A stretch of DNA of 64,000 nt from the NCBI RefSeq assembly GCF_020745735.1, contig NC_083420.1, forward strand, positions 30,194,001-30,258,000, given 5' to 3'. The number at the start of each line of letters is the position of its first letter. The first letter of the stretch is position 1. The notes under the pieces are model-generated. The model was not told the origin of the DNA and ran no database searches. It worked only from the letters and a program-made list of their open reading frames with translations. The stretch is from Hemiscyllium ocellatum. Lineage: Eukaryota. Shown here one piece after another: positions 1 to 12,535 of the stretch. The translations under genes were made by a program, and so were the position numbers.

Positions 1-844
1 TTTCAGCATAATTTCAAACATAGAGGTAAGAAGTTACCATCCAGGAGGAAAAAACACTGCCAAATTAATTTTAGACACTGACTGGCCAATGAAGCATTAT
101 TATCAGCTGCAGAGAAATAGACCATGGGGATCTTTGTGCTATTGGGCTTAGAGGATTTTCAAGGGATTACTGGGCCTTTGAGATATCCTGCTTCTGCTTT
201 TTTTTATTGCCTTACAATTTCTCATTAGGCTCACACAACGTCTCCAAATGGAACAGTGGAGGATGAATAGGAGGAGCTGAGCTTGTTAGAACTGAGGAAT
301 AGACTGTTTGTTTGTTTGTAAAGGCTTCAGAGCCTACAGGTGGTGATTCAGTCTCCTGGGTGTCTCAGAGCAGTATTCTATGAGGAGCCTGCATATTTGC
401 TATTGGGATCGATGCAGCTCCTATAATAGGACTTGTTGTATTCCTGTCCTCAGGAATGCAAGAGTCTCTCATCACAGCACAGACCGAAACAGGATTTTAT
501 TTTATGTTTTCTCCTTGTTCTGCTTCCAATGGATGTCTATTTACCACCATTGTAATGGTGGAATGCCTCATGAGTAAATTCAGATCAGCATCCTATGAAA
601 TGCTGAGACCTTATGTTTGATTGTAATTAGCCAAGATTCAAATTTCCTGTGAGAAACTGTCAGATTAATGTCATAAAGCTGTTTGATAGGATACAGGTAA
701 AGGAACACTCGCTCCCTAGCTACTGAGTTCATTAGGCAATTGTGAGTAATATATTTTCAAGGCAGTTCTGAGACTCTAGTTTTCTTTTTTCCTGACCTTC
801 TTGTACTCTAACAAAATAGTTACTGCTATTTTACTAAAACTCTT

Positions 845-1045
845 TGCTGGATGGCTGGTTTGTAATTCAGAGTGACATCAACAACATGAGTTCAATTCCC
901 AAACTGACTGAGGTTACCATGAATGACTGTCCTTCTCAACCTCTTGCCTCACCTGAAATGTGGTGACCCACAGGTTAAACCATTACTCTCTCTAATGAGA
1001 GGGCAGCCCTATGATCTGGGAAGATTTGGTGACTTTACCTTTATA
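845..1045 (+). mobile_element. degenerate tRNA-derived SINE (non-HE1 shark family)
   Basis: B-box-like GAGTTCAATTCC near 888-899; body and 3' end (…GACTTTACCTTT) match a common shark short repeat as I recall it. Confidence 0.55.
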
Positions 1046-1109
1046 TTTACTACAACCCCTTAAACAAACAGAAGAAGAACCAACAAGTTCAATAACAGAG
1101 GCAGGTTCC

Positions 1110-1335
1110 CATAGAATACTTACCCAGCCAACAGTCTCCATAGACCACAAGCTTTTCCCTAGGTATTTTTGAGGAACTCTATAGGAAGACCCTACGATTC
1201 AGCAGGGAGGCGGTGGCAGACCTAAGAGACCTATTGCCCGCACAACCAGGCTTCTGTGCTTTCAAAGTGACCCTGGAGGTCACCATCACTAGAAAAGGTT
1301 TTAGCTTTCAAAGCTGCTACACTCACATTAGCCAA
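1110..1335 (+). mobile_element. Harbinger/PIF transposase (HARBI1-like) N-terminal relic
   Basis: Frame from 1165 reads IFEELYRKTLRFSREAVADLRDLL…FKVTLEVT…SFQ…ISQ, matching the Harbinger pattern 'RRLRFSREAV.ELC.LL…VKVT.AL…GSFQ…ISQ'. Confidence 0.6.
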
Positions 1336-1337
1336 AC

Positions 1338-1455
1338 CATAGAATGGCTATAGTACTGAAGGAGATCATTTGGCCTATTTTGTGTGTAGTGGAGCAATCC
1401 AATTAGTCCTCGTCCCTTGCTCTTTCCGTGGAACTCTGTGAATGTATTTCTTGTC
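1338..1455 (-). mobile_element. CR1 LINE 3' end fragment
   Basis: Reverse complement of a CR1 3' UTR (CATAGAAT…GAAGGAGATCATTTGGCC). Confidence 0.55.
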
Positions 1456-1637
1456 AGTCCATCTGCAGTCTGTAGCTGCGCCAAACATGTCAATGATCCT
1501 TACTTTACTAGAGGAATGTAGTGTATCACCTTCACAATGGAAGATGCTCGTATTTTGTACCAGTATGTGGTAGAATATTCTTCATTAGCAAATGCCAACA
1601 ATGCCTTCATGCATTTTCTCTGTTTCCAATTGTACAG

Positions 1638-1990
1638 GATCTGCAGAGGATAGCTGCTGGAGAACAGATGGTATCCATACTCTTCCACGCCTGGATGTCA
1701 AGATGCCCACTGCAAGCCCATTACATCTGAACAATGCAGAACAATGAGAGCCATATTAACAGCGGGAAACCCGGGGAGCAGACAACCGGCATTTTGAAGT
1801 GCAGAAACTGATCCTCAGGGTTCCCTACATTGCCCAGACAAAGTGGGACTGCATCATTGCAGTTTTGGCATATTCTCAAAACGTAGTAATGACAAGCTTT
1901 CCCAATAATTTTTTGGATGTTGCTGCTCAGGTTCTGATTGAAAGCGTGGAATCTCACCGATATATAATAAACACTTTCTCACTGATGTCT
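1638..1990 (+). other. possible 3'-terminal exon of an unidentified transcript
   Basis: Pyrimidine-rich acceptor …TTTTCTCTGTTTCCAATTGTACAG|1638, short open frame to TGA 1745-1747, AATAAA 1966-1971 followed by a T-rich tract; no recognisable homology. Confidence 0.2.
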
Positions 1991-3129
1991 AGACTTTCCT
2001 CTTTTTATTTCAGTTTTCCACCATTTCTCTTTGCTCAAAGCAAATTGCGACGTTTTCAAGAACATCTTCCTGAAGCAGTCGGACTGAAATCTATCCTCCC
2101 TGTTTAAAACTCGTGTAGTTTGCACAATTGAGAAATAAATCAGTTTATCTAAGCTACTCATGCGGAACTGCAAAGCAACCATAATATTTGCAAGCCCTGT
2201 CAATAATTGTAACAAATCCACGGTTGATTAGAAGCACACTTACCAATAGGATAGAAGTTCTGATACATAATACAGCAAACAGAAATTGGTTTCCGAAACA
2301 GAAATACTGTCATTCTCAGAGCACGTAGTTGATTGCAAAAGGAACCAATAATTCAAAGTCATCCCTTTAATTTAACTGAAATAAAATGGATTGATCTTTG
2401 GCAGCTTACTTAATGGGGGCCTTCAATACTGACTGCAAATATTTTCATTTAAAACCATACTGCATCTGCTAGAGGTTGGTCGGTTTTGGATATAAGCAGC
2501 TACAAGTGAAGCATATGGACAATGCTTGGTGCAGGAAAAACAGCAGGACCCTCCAGTCATTTAAACTTGCAGTGAGAAAAAAAAATCACTGACCAAAGTT
2601 CAGTCATGTATTATCTTAATCTACAGAAGGTGACGTTTAATTAGAAATTTCATTTCGAAGGCTTGCCTAATGTTTTACCCTTTGGGTGTTAAAGTAAAAA
2701 GTAATTTATTTTTCATGTCACAGTCAATTAAACATTTTCACTAAAAATGCAAGACATCTTTGTTAAAAAATATGTTACCAATAGCAAGCATGAAAGAATT
2801 CTCAGGATTATCAGATCTTTGCAACTGAAAAATGATTTAAATAGCCTAGATATGAAATTAGAACTATAATATTAGGGATAGAACTATCCCTAGGGTATCT
2901 AGTGATGGAGTCATTGCCAAGTTATGGAGATTGAATTAATGTAATTGACTCTTAAGTCTCCTCTGAAACTTCCTACCAAGGCATACTCTTGCATCAAAAC
3001 ATTTAATAATGAAACTTAACCAAATATTTGGAATCAACCATACATCAGAAACTTCAAAGATATCCTACACAGTCCACAAGGCAAAATTCTTCTTACTAAC
3101 CTATGGGGGTTTGTGCCAAAGTTGGAAAA

Positions 3130-3960
3130 GGTGTTCAGGAAACTGGTCAAAAACAATGCATTTCTCACAGGATCATACCTTCCAGGCAATGTCTCAGACA
3201 CCTCCATCGTGATCCTTGGGTATGTTCTGTACCATTGGCAGAACATGTGCATCAGAGTTGGTGGAACAGTGGTATACAGTCAGGAGGGAGTGATTCTGGG
3301 AGTCTTCAACATTGATGCTGAACTGCATAAGGTCACATGGTAACAGGTAAAATTTGAGCAAGAAATCATTCTGCTAGTTACTACCCTCCCTCAGATGACT
3401 TTTCTTTATCATTCTTTTATAGGATATTAGCATCATTGGCACCACTATTTCTTCCCCATCTCCAATTTTCCTTGAACTGAGTGGTCTGCTCAGTCATTTG
3501 AAAGGGTAGTTAAGAGTCACCTACATTGCTGTGGGTTTGTAATGATATGTAGGCCAGACTGTAAGGGCTCAGTCACTTCCACACAGAAGTGCTGAATGGA
3601 TGATCCAATTAGCCTCCTTCAGAGGAGTCTGGCATCCAAGATACCAGACTTCAAACAACTTGTTTCACTTCACATGATATTGAAAAATGCCTGAAGACAC
3701 TGGATACTGGAAAGTCCACAGGCTTTGACAACATTCCAACAATAGTACTGAAGACCTATGCTCTTGAGCTAACTGTGCCCTTAGCCAAACTGTTCAAAAG
3801 CAGCCATAATATTGGCATCCAACTGACAGTTTGGACAATTGGCCCATGTGTCCCATTCACAAAAACAGACAAATCCAATCTATAACCAATCACCAGCAAA
3901 GTGATGCAAAGATCATCAAAGTGCTACTAAGTAGCACTTATTCAGCAATAAACCTGCATT
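3130..3960 (+). mobile_element. degenerate L2/CR1-group LINE (endonuclease and RT-linker fragments)
   Basis: ILGYVL.H.Q…GGTVVYSQEGV.LGV.NID endonuclease motif (ORF 3113-3343); LDTGK..G.DNIP.IVLKT.A.EL..PLAKLF linker at about 3690-3800. Confidence 0.75.
3405..3565 (-). mobile_element. Deu/SacSINE-like SINE 3' part inserted in the LINE
   Basis: Reverse-complement similarity to the 3' half of the SINE at 44310-44655. Confidence 0.5.
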
Positions 3961-4444
3961 ATGAATTATTCAAATTATTTTGCTGTCTCTAGTTTTTATA
4001 ATATAATCTTTTAATGACTGATTGTGATGGTGAAACTATGATTTGGATTTTGTAAGCTGCCATTATCCAGAATACTAAATGAAAAGAAGATTGGATATTT
4101 GATGTCTCATCATGTTGCTCTGTTATAGGGTTGGTATGACAGGCAGGGAGTTTCTGTTCACTCCAGACCACTAATAAATTGGCCTGGCTACTCCTCTGAG
4201 CAATTGATAGACCAAAGCAAACAATCACTGATCTAGTGTGAACTCAATCCACCACTAGAAAGATTGAAGAAATGCACTTACATGAGAGCTAGTAATCAAC
4301 CCCAGATTGCAATACTATTTCATATTTGCACTTCTTACTGTTGTATCATTAAGTATAACCTAGTTGTGACTCAGCTGCCATAAGATGGACGCTGAGGGAA
4401 TCACAGATAAACCGGCACATGGGAACATAAACCTGACCTCGTAA

Positions 4445-5240
4445 CTCATTTTAAAATTTGTATATGGGATGTGGGGGCTACTGGTTATGCTCTATTTACC
4501 CTGGAGATAGTGATGATGATCTATCTTCTCCTTGGACTACAGGGGAACCCATAGTGTTGGTAGGAAGGAGCTTCTTTTGATCCAGCAGTTGTGAAGAAAC
4601 AGTGAAATAGTTCCAAGTCAAGACCTTGCAGGTGGTGGTGTTCCCATGTATCTGCTGCCTTTGTCCTTCTAGTTGGTTGTGGTTGTGGCAGTGAGAGCAA
4701 TATGATTGAATGTCAGGCAGAAATAATTGGATTCTCTCTTGTTGGAAATGGCCACTACCTGACACTTGTGTGGAGCAAGCGTGACTTACCACTTAACAAC
4801 CCTAGCTTGGATTTTGTCCAGATTTTGCTGTAAATGGGCATGGCCAGGAGTTATGAATGGTGCTGAATACCATGCACTTCTCAGTAAACATCTCCATTTC
4901 TGACCTTATGATGGAGGGAAAGTCATTGATGAAACACCAAAAAATGGTTACGATTGAAACACCACCCAGAAGAGCTTTCGTAATGATGTCCTGAGACTGA
5001 GATGATTAACTTCCAACAATCACAATCATCTTCCTTTGTGCTAGCTGTGACTCTAATCAGTGGAGAGTTTTCCCTGATTCTCTTGACTTCCGTTTTGCAT
5101 GAGCTCCTTGATACCATACTCAAATAAATTTAGACTTGATGTCAAGAGTAGTAACTCTTATCTCATCCCAGGATTTCTGTTCATATTTGTACAAAATCTG
5201 TAATGAGGTCAAGAACTAAGTGGTGCTGATGGGAGCAAGG
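4445..5240 (-). mobile_element. L2/CR1-group LINE RT and 3' end, degenerate
   Basis: Reverse 3' tail GGGATGTGGG… followed by decayed RT sequence of the same family as 3130-3960 and 24760-24960. Confidence 0.7.
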
Positions 5241-6649
5241 AACATCCTGCAAGGTGAGGTCATGAGGTTACTGGGCTCCAGTAAGTGGATCCAGACATTT
5301 TATCACCCCCAACCCCTCACTACCAGATCTAAATAGTAGCCGTGACTAGCATTTTAATCACTGGTATTTAATCCACATGTTACTGATGGGGTGTGGAGCT
5401 TTGGGACAGATTATTCCGAACATGTCAAGTCATCCTTAACTGACTTGTCCACACAGGTGCTAGACTGAACAGTGTATTGAGAATGATAGAATTTTTCAAA
5501 TATTTAACTGAGTTTTTGTTGGAGATGAAACATTTGAAAGGAAATAGAATGTAAAGGGAATCAGAAATAAGAGGTTCACTCACACTCTGACAGAACAGCT
5601 GATTGCTAAATTCCTCCCTCTCTTGTATCTTGTTGCATTTGCTTTTGTCAGCAACCTCTCCCAATTTTTAGCACTGCCTTCTGGACTCATTTTACATACA
5701 TTTCTTCTTACATTCTATTTCAGCAAATCTTTTGCCAGTACAAGAATAATTTAATAAAAACTTGAAAAGAAATAACAGTTAAGCAGAAGCACCTTGAAGT
5801 GGGTCCTTCAGAATTGCTGTTCAGTGTACAATGTCTCTCACTGCTCCCTATTAGATGGCTTTCTTGACTTACTAACAATGTCTTGGAGATTATTGTAAGT
5901 GCATGCTACCACCGATTACTGAGCACAGTGTATATCTCAAGCATCTGGGGAAGGACTTCAGGGAGTGTGTTACTGCTTTCATCTGCTGCTGGTTAAGTGA
6001 TACTGAGTTAAGTACAAGTTCAGGAAGTATGTCAGGATCTTTCTGACTTGAGCCTCAGAGGAATTAACACTGCATCTTTCTGAAACAGTAGCAGCATAGC
6101 AAGAGGAAAACAAAGTAATGAGGTAGAAAACCTGTTGTCCAATTGTTAACAATTATGAAGTTAATAAGATTATTGTATTTTAGGATTGCAGCTTTAAATT
6201 TAGGGAAAATGAAGGGGGTCGTGTGACTTATCCTGCAGTCTGCCTGAATGTGAACATTAGTGTTCTGATTGTTAGAGATGTGATAAGGGCGTAGATTGTT
6301 GTACTGAGAAGAAAACAGTAGCAGTAGTCTTTGAGTTCAGCATGAATACACTCTGAGTCTTGTCAAGTACCAGGAAAAGTGTCACTGGTATTGAGATATA
6401 AACAATTGTATTGTAAGATATCCCATTTACTTCTAAGATGAAAGGAAGTTGGGATCAAAGATGGGTAATGGAGATATTAACCTAAAATTTGCTGGGCAAG
6501 TCAAAATAAAGTTAAATGGATGACTACCTGATCAAATAATTAGAAAGGGCACTGGTTTTAATGCATTTCTGTGTTTAACTGAAGGAAGGTGTGTGTTTAT
6601 GTCAAGTATTGTCAACAGTGATAGATTGACTTTCACAGTAATTTTGGAA

Positions 6650-8803
6650 AAGCTTAAGATTGGTTTAAAACAAACACAGTGAAACACGATGTGATTAGAC
6701 AAGATTTTGGATGCATAGGACGGGAAAGGAAACTGCAGGGGATGGACACAATAGAAATGTTGAGCTTATTCAAGGAATGGCTACTGTGTGTCCTTGATAA
6801 GTACGTACCTATCAGACAAGGGAGCAATTTGTCGAGCACAGGAGCTATGGTTTACTAAGGAAATTGAATCTCTTGTCAAGAGGAAGAAGAAGGCTTACAT
6901 TAAGGTGAGATGTGAAGGCTCAATTAAGGCCATTGAGAGTTACAAGGTAGCCATGAAAGACCTAAACAGAGAGCTAAGATGAGTGAGGAGGGGACATGAG
7001 AAGTTGTTGGCGGATAAGATCGGGAAAACCCTAAAGCTTTCTATAGGTACATAAGGGATAAAACAATGACTACAGTAAGATGAGGGCAATCAAGGACAGT
7101 AGTGGAAAGTTGTGCATGGAGTCAGAGGAGATAGGGGAAGCATTAAATGAATATTTTTTGTCAGTAGTCACACTGGAAAAAGACAATGTTGTTGAAGAGA
7201 ATACTGAGAAACAGACTGGATGGGATTGAGGTTCACATGGAGGAGATGTTAGAAATTCTGGAAAGTGTGAAAATAGATAAATCCCTTGGGCTGGATGGGA
7301 TTTATTCTAGGATTCTCTGGGAAGCCAGGGAGGAGATTGCTGAGCCTTTGACTTTGATCTTTATTTCATCATTGTCTACAGGAATAGTATCAGAAGGCTG
7401 GATGATAGCAAATGTTGTTCCCTTGTTCAAGAAGTGGAGTAAAGACAATCCTGGTAACATAGACCAGTGAGCCTTACTTCGGTTGTGGGTAAAATGTTGG
7501 AAAAGGTTAGAAGAGATAATATTTATAATTATCTAAAAAGGAATAAGTTGATTAGGGATAGTCGACACAGTTTTGTGAAGGGTAGGTCATGCCTCACAAA
7601 CCTTATTGAGTTGTTTGAGAAGGTGACTAAACAGGTAGGTGAGGGTAAAGCGGTGATGTGGTGTACATGGATTTCAGTAAGGCATTTGATAAGATTCCCC
7701 ATGGTAGGCTATTGCAGAAAAGATGGAGGCATGGAATTGAGGGTGACTAAGTGGTTTCGATCAGAAATTGGCTAGCTGAAAGAAGACAGATGTTAGTGGT
7801 TGATGGGAAATATTTATCCTGGAGTTCAGTTACTAGATGTGTACTTCAAGGATCTGTTTGTCAGTTTTATAAACACCTGGATGAGGGCGTAGAACGATGG
7901 GTTAGGAAATTTGCGGATGACACTAAGGTTGGTACAATTGTGATAGAGTTGAAGGATGTTCTAGGTTACAGAGGAACATGGATAAGCTGCAGAGTTGGGC
8001 TGGGAGGTGGCAAATGGAGTTTAATGCAGAAAAGTGTGAAGTGATTCACTTTGGAAGGAGTAACTGGGCTAATGGTAAGATTCTTGGTAGTGTAGATGAA
8101 CTGAGACATCTTGGTATCCATGTGCAAAGATCCCTGAAAGTTTCCACCTGAAAAAGATCCCTGAAAGGTTGATAGGGTTGTTAAGAAGGCATTCAGTGTG
8201 TTAGCTTTTATTGGTAAAGGGATTGAATTTCAGAACAATGAGATCATACTGCAGCTGTACAAAACTCTGCTGTGGCCACACTGGAATATTGTGTGCAGTT
8301 TTGGTCACTGCATTATAGGAAGGATGTGGAAGCTTTGGAAAGGATTCAGAAGAGATTTACTAAGATGTTGCCTGGTATGGAGGAAAGGTCTTACAGGGAA
8401 AGGGTGAGGGACTTGAGGCTGTTTTCGTTAGAGAGAAGGTGGTTGAGAGGTGACTTAATTGGGACATATAAGATAATTAGAGGCTTAGAGTGGGTGGACA
8501 GTGAAAACCTTTTTTTCAGATGGTGATGGCTAGCATGACAGGACATAGCTTTAAATTGAGGGGTGATAGATATAGGACAGGTGTCAGAGGGAGTTTCTTT
8601 ACTCAGAGAGTAGTAGGAGTGTGGATCACACTGCCTGCAATAGTTGTACACGCGCCAACTTTACATGCATTTAAATGGTCATTGGATAGGCGTATGGATG
8701 AAAATGGAATAGTGTAGGTGAAATGGGCTTCAGATTGGTTTCACAGGTTGGCGCAATATCGAGGGCTGAAGGGCCTGTACTGCACTGTAATATTCTATGT
8801 TCT
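6650..8803 (+). mobile_element. 5'-truncated CR1 (HER1-like) LINE, ORF2/RT pseudogene
   Basis: ORF fragments KSLGLDGIYSRILWEAREEIAEPL, SLTSVVGK, FVKGRSCLTNL, KFADDTK, LEYCVQFWS, RGSFFTQRVV; CR1 3' UTR ending in TTCTATGTTCTA. Confidence 0.95.
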
Positions 8804-8809
8804 AGAACT

Positions 8810-9031
8810 TGAAAGCGTGTGGCTGGAAAAGCGCAGCAGTTCAGGCAGCATCCGAGGGGCAGGAGAACTGGCATTTTGGGCATAAGCCCTTTATCAGGTT
8901 CCTGATGAAGGGCGTTTGACCACAACGTTGATTCTCCTGCTCCTTAGATGCTGCCTAACCTACTGCGATTTTCCAGCACCACATTCTTGACTCTAAACTC
9001 CAGGATCTGCAGTCCTCACTTTTGCGCATGC
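8810..9031. mobile_element. Penelope-derived palindromic non-autonomous element with two decayed hammerhead cores
   Basis: Inverted arms about 8817-8898 and 8901-8983; CTGATGAAGGGC at 8902; flanking direct repeat TCTAGAACT at 8801-8809 and 9032-9040. Confidence 0.7.
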
Positions 9032-9904
9032 TCTAGAACTGCCTTGGGTCATTAATATCCAGAGTAAACCCAACAGCCCAGGGAATGTGAGAATCAAAAC
9101 CTACAGTAGTCAGCATTTATACTTGAATGTACAATGAATGTGTTTCACATTACCATGGAGAACAGGGCAGAACAAACCTTTTTAGAGATAAGGCTATGCT
9201 TCCCTTGAAATGAATGAGTGTTGCAGACAGCAAGGATTTCATGTGGTCATCAGAGAGAAAGCTGCACTACGTTATGAGAAACCACAGTCAGATGAAGCCA
9301 GGGGCCTCTAATTAAAATTACTTGTCCTGCAGCCTTTCACAAATTCTGTTGGATTTGCACCACTGCAGTCCATGGAAAGAAGTTTCATTGGAACAGACTT
9401 TGCGATTGGCGGTCAATTTACGAAGCTCTCTTAAAATTGGGGTAACTCCTGGAGATGGCCTCTTGCTATTACTATTCAGTGAAGCTGCAAAACAGGATCC
9501 CATTGGAAGCTGACCGCAATTGTAGACAGTTGGAAAAAAGGGCTGTAATTCCACAGAGAGTGTGATGTATGATGAGTATAAAGGGAAATTTCTGTTCTGC
9601 ACTTTAAAATATCAATTGTCTATAACAAGGAAATAGTGATTCGTTCAGTTTGTTTTTAGATATCTGTAACAGTAAAATTTTCTTCCATGTTCTTCTTTTA
9701 GCTACTAACAGGAAGTTCAAATCCCTTTTGAAAGGTTATCCGTCCCTATGGAGATTGTTACACATTCATGTCATCTGATGCACCCTCATGCACTGCTCCA
9801 ACCAATGTAGAAGTGACAATAATCTCTGGTTTCAGTAATGGTGCACTAAAATTAACGCTGGTGTTTTACATGACTGGTAGTCATTTCGGCAAATACAAGA
9901 CACT

Positions 9905-10235
9905 GCTGCCTGGATAGAGTCGATGTGAAGAAGATGTTTCCATCAGTAGGAGAGACTAGGAACGGGAGACACAGCCTCAGATTTAAGGGACCACCCTTCA
10001 GAACTGAGCTGAGGAGCTGGAGAGCAGTGAATCTGTGGAACTCATTGTTGCAGAGGCCTAGTTATTCAGTTTATTTAAGATAGTGATAGATTGGTTCTTG
10101 ATTAGTAAGGTGATCAATGTTTACACTGAAAAGGCAGGAGAATGAGGTTGAGAAACATATCAGCCACAATGTAATGGTGAAGCAAATTGGATGGCCAAAT
10201 GGCCTAATTCTGCTGCTATGTCTTATTTCATGGTA
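9905..10235 (+). mobile_element. CR1 LINE 3' fragment
   Basis: Decayed ORF2 C-terminus plus 3' UTR (…GGCCAAATGGCCTAATTCTGCT…). Confidence 0.8.
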
Positions 10236-10880
10236 TTATTTATAAACTTCAAAAATCCCAAACTCAACTTGACCATGACCAGCCCAACGGGAACACCATT
10301 TTCAGTAAGATGCTTGCCTGACACCCCACCCTCTTCATTGGCTGTGGTGCAGCATCAAATTGGCATGGGCAGAAAACTATGTTCCCATTGGGCTGATCAT
10401 GGTGAAGGTGGGTTTGGGATTATTGAAGTTTATAAATGACACCATAAACTAAGATGTTGGGGCCAAATTCAGAATGGGCATTGAACTGAATTCTCATGCG
10501 TGATATTAAAATCAGGGCTCTAATTTCGGGCAGTCCCAATGATTGCTGGTGTTCACACCACTGCAGATTCCTTGAGTGGTGGACTGCATTCTTTCCGATC
10601 AACACTTTTGAATGTTTCACTTCAACCAGACACCCAGCAGCATGCAGACAATACGGGTCACAAATGTGAAAACTGAGGCCCACCCAAAACTGGGTTGTGG
10701 GTATTCTTTCCAATAAGGCCGGCAAGTTGCTGGCGCGTGTGTCCCAGACAGCTTGCTACTTCAAAAAAGATTGTTTTAAACTGCTTGTCTCTTCAGGTTG
10801 GAAGAAAGTGGGATGGGGGTGGGGCACTTGTAATTCAGCAGAGAACCTTGTGAGTGCTTGGAAGAGTTCTCCAGCATTTT

Positions 10881-11065
10881 ATTTTTAATTTGCACCAATG
10901 CAACTGATAACCCACATTTCCACCAACTTTCAACTCTCATATTTGAAAACCCTTTGTCTCAAATTGTTCCTTTGAATTGTCTGCTCTCATTCACGTTGAG
11001 TTCATGTGACTCTGAAATTGAGGCAACTGATTACTCAACTTGGTTCAATATTACAGAAAAATAAA
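10881..11065 (+). repeat. ~190-bp direct repeat, copy 1
   Basis: Aligns end to end with 11888-12078, with scattered substitutions and one 6-nt indel. Confidence 0.9.
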
Positions 11066-11468
11066 GCCCCAATAAACTTCCAGAAAGTTCCTCAGTTTCT
11101 TTCTTCCTGTCTGTTTCTTGACCCAAAGGCTTCTGCAGATTCTTGAAAGAAGCAGAACCAGGGCCGCTGCAGTGCTGGCCGACAGAAGATGCCTTACATA
11201 TATGTTTATGGGTTAACAGTTCCTTTAATTGTTAATCAGTGCCCTTTAAAATTGACTGGCCTGATACATAGCCTAATATTCATCAGGTATCCTTGGAATC
11301 AGAGCATTCACCCTGGGAATTGATAGCATTTCTGGCCGGACAAAGGAATTTTAGCCTGGTCAGTTGTTAGCAAACATGACATTGGAGACAGAAAGACATT
11401 TTATCCAAATAACATTGCCTGTTTAAGTGATCCAGGTGGCCTTATTCAGCCAGGCCGCTCATCATATG

Positions 11469-11496
11469 GCATGACAAAAGCTTTTGTCATGCAAAT
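11469..11496. promoter_or_regulatory. perfect 24-bp palindrome overlapping a Sox-Oct-type composite motif
   Basis: GCATGACAAAAGCTTTTGTCATGC at 11469-11492; CTTTTGTCATGCAAAT at 11481-11496 includes the octamer ATGCAAAT. Confidence 0.45.
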
Positions 11497-11887
11497 GCGA
11501 ACTGTGATGAATGGGAAGTGCTCACCTTGAGGGATTTACCAATGAGAGCATCTGAGATTTGAAGCCGCAGATGAGTTATGATTAATGACATTTGCTGGAA
11601 CTGATAACATGCATAGTCTTGCATGAAAACACATTTGTATTTAAATGTCTGAATACTAATAGAATGTTCCAAAGTATAACATTTCTCTAAATTTCTCATG
11701 CTTCAGGTTATCCAAACCAAGTAATATTATCCTGTTTTTTATTCAAAATATACTTTTGTGATATCTAAATGATCTGATATTTTTCTGGCTCATTAAAATG
11801 ATGAGTAAGAGTAATGGGGGATGAGAATGCAGCTTCGCTTTAAATGATGATTAAAAATGGCCTCGATAAATTTTCAACATGGTTTCA

Positions 11888-12078
11888 TTTTTTAATTTCC
11901 ACCAATACAACTGATAACCCACATTTCCACCAACCTTCGACTCTCATATTTGCAAGCCCTTTGTCTCAAATTGCTCCCTTAGCAGTGAATTATCTGCTTC
12001 TATTCACATAGAGTTCATGTGACTCTGAAATTGAGGCAATTGATTTCTCAACTTTGTTCAATATTACAGAAAAATAAA
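11888..12078 (+). repeat. ~190-bp direct repeat, copy 2
   Basis: Paralogous to 10881-11065. Confidence 0.9.
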
Positions 12079-12227
12079 TTGCAAAGATGTAGGGCATGAA
12101 TATTAAATGTTCATTTTCTTTAAAAACTTCTTGAAATTACTTACCAATTAGCCAGTAATTGGATGATTTCTTGCTGCATCCCTACAATGTCTCACGGAAG
12201 GTGTCAGCAGAGTTTTATTGGTGGTAA

Positions 12228-12535
12228 GCAATGCACGGTGGCTCAGTGGTTAGCATGGCTGCCTCACAGTACCAGGGACTTGGCTTCAATTCCACCCTTC
12301 GGCAACTGTCTGTGTGGAGTTTGCACATTCTGCCCGTGTCAGCGTGGCGTTTCTCTCACAGGTTAGGTGGGTTGACCATGGGAAATTGCCCATTGTGTCC
12401 AGGGATGTGTAAGTTAGATGGATTAGTGATGGGAAATATAGGGATGAGGTGGGTCTGGGCAGGTTGCACTTCAGAGGATCTGTGTGCACTCAATGGACTG
12501 AATGGCCTCTTTCCACACTGTAGGGATTCTATGGA
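12228..12535 (+). mobile_element. HE1-type V-SINE (older copy)
   Basis: tRNA head GGTGGCTCAGTGGTTAGCA, V-domain TGTGTGGAGTTTGCACATTCT, CR1-like tail. Confidence 0.9.

Noticed and set aside
2874-2892. Short hairpin AGGGATAG-AA-CTATCCCT
   Set aside because: Short and inside a decayed LINE-like patch; compatible with chance.
10881-12078. Duplicated H/ACA snoRNA or TRIM/LTR-pair reading of the direct repeats
   Set aside because: An ACA lies near the 3' end, but there is no H box between two full hairpins and no TG…CA, PBS or PPT.
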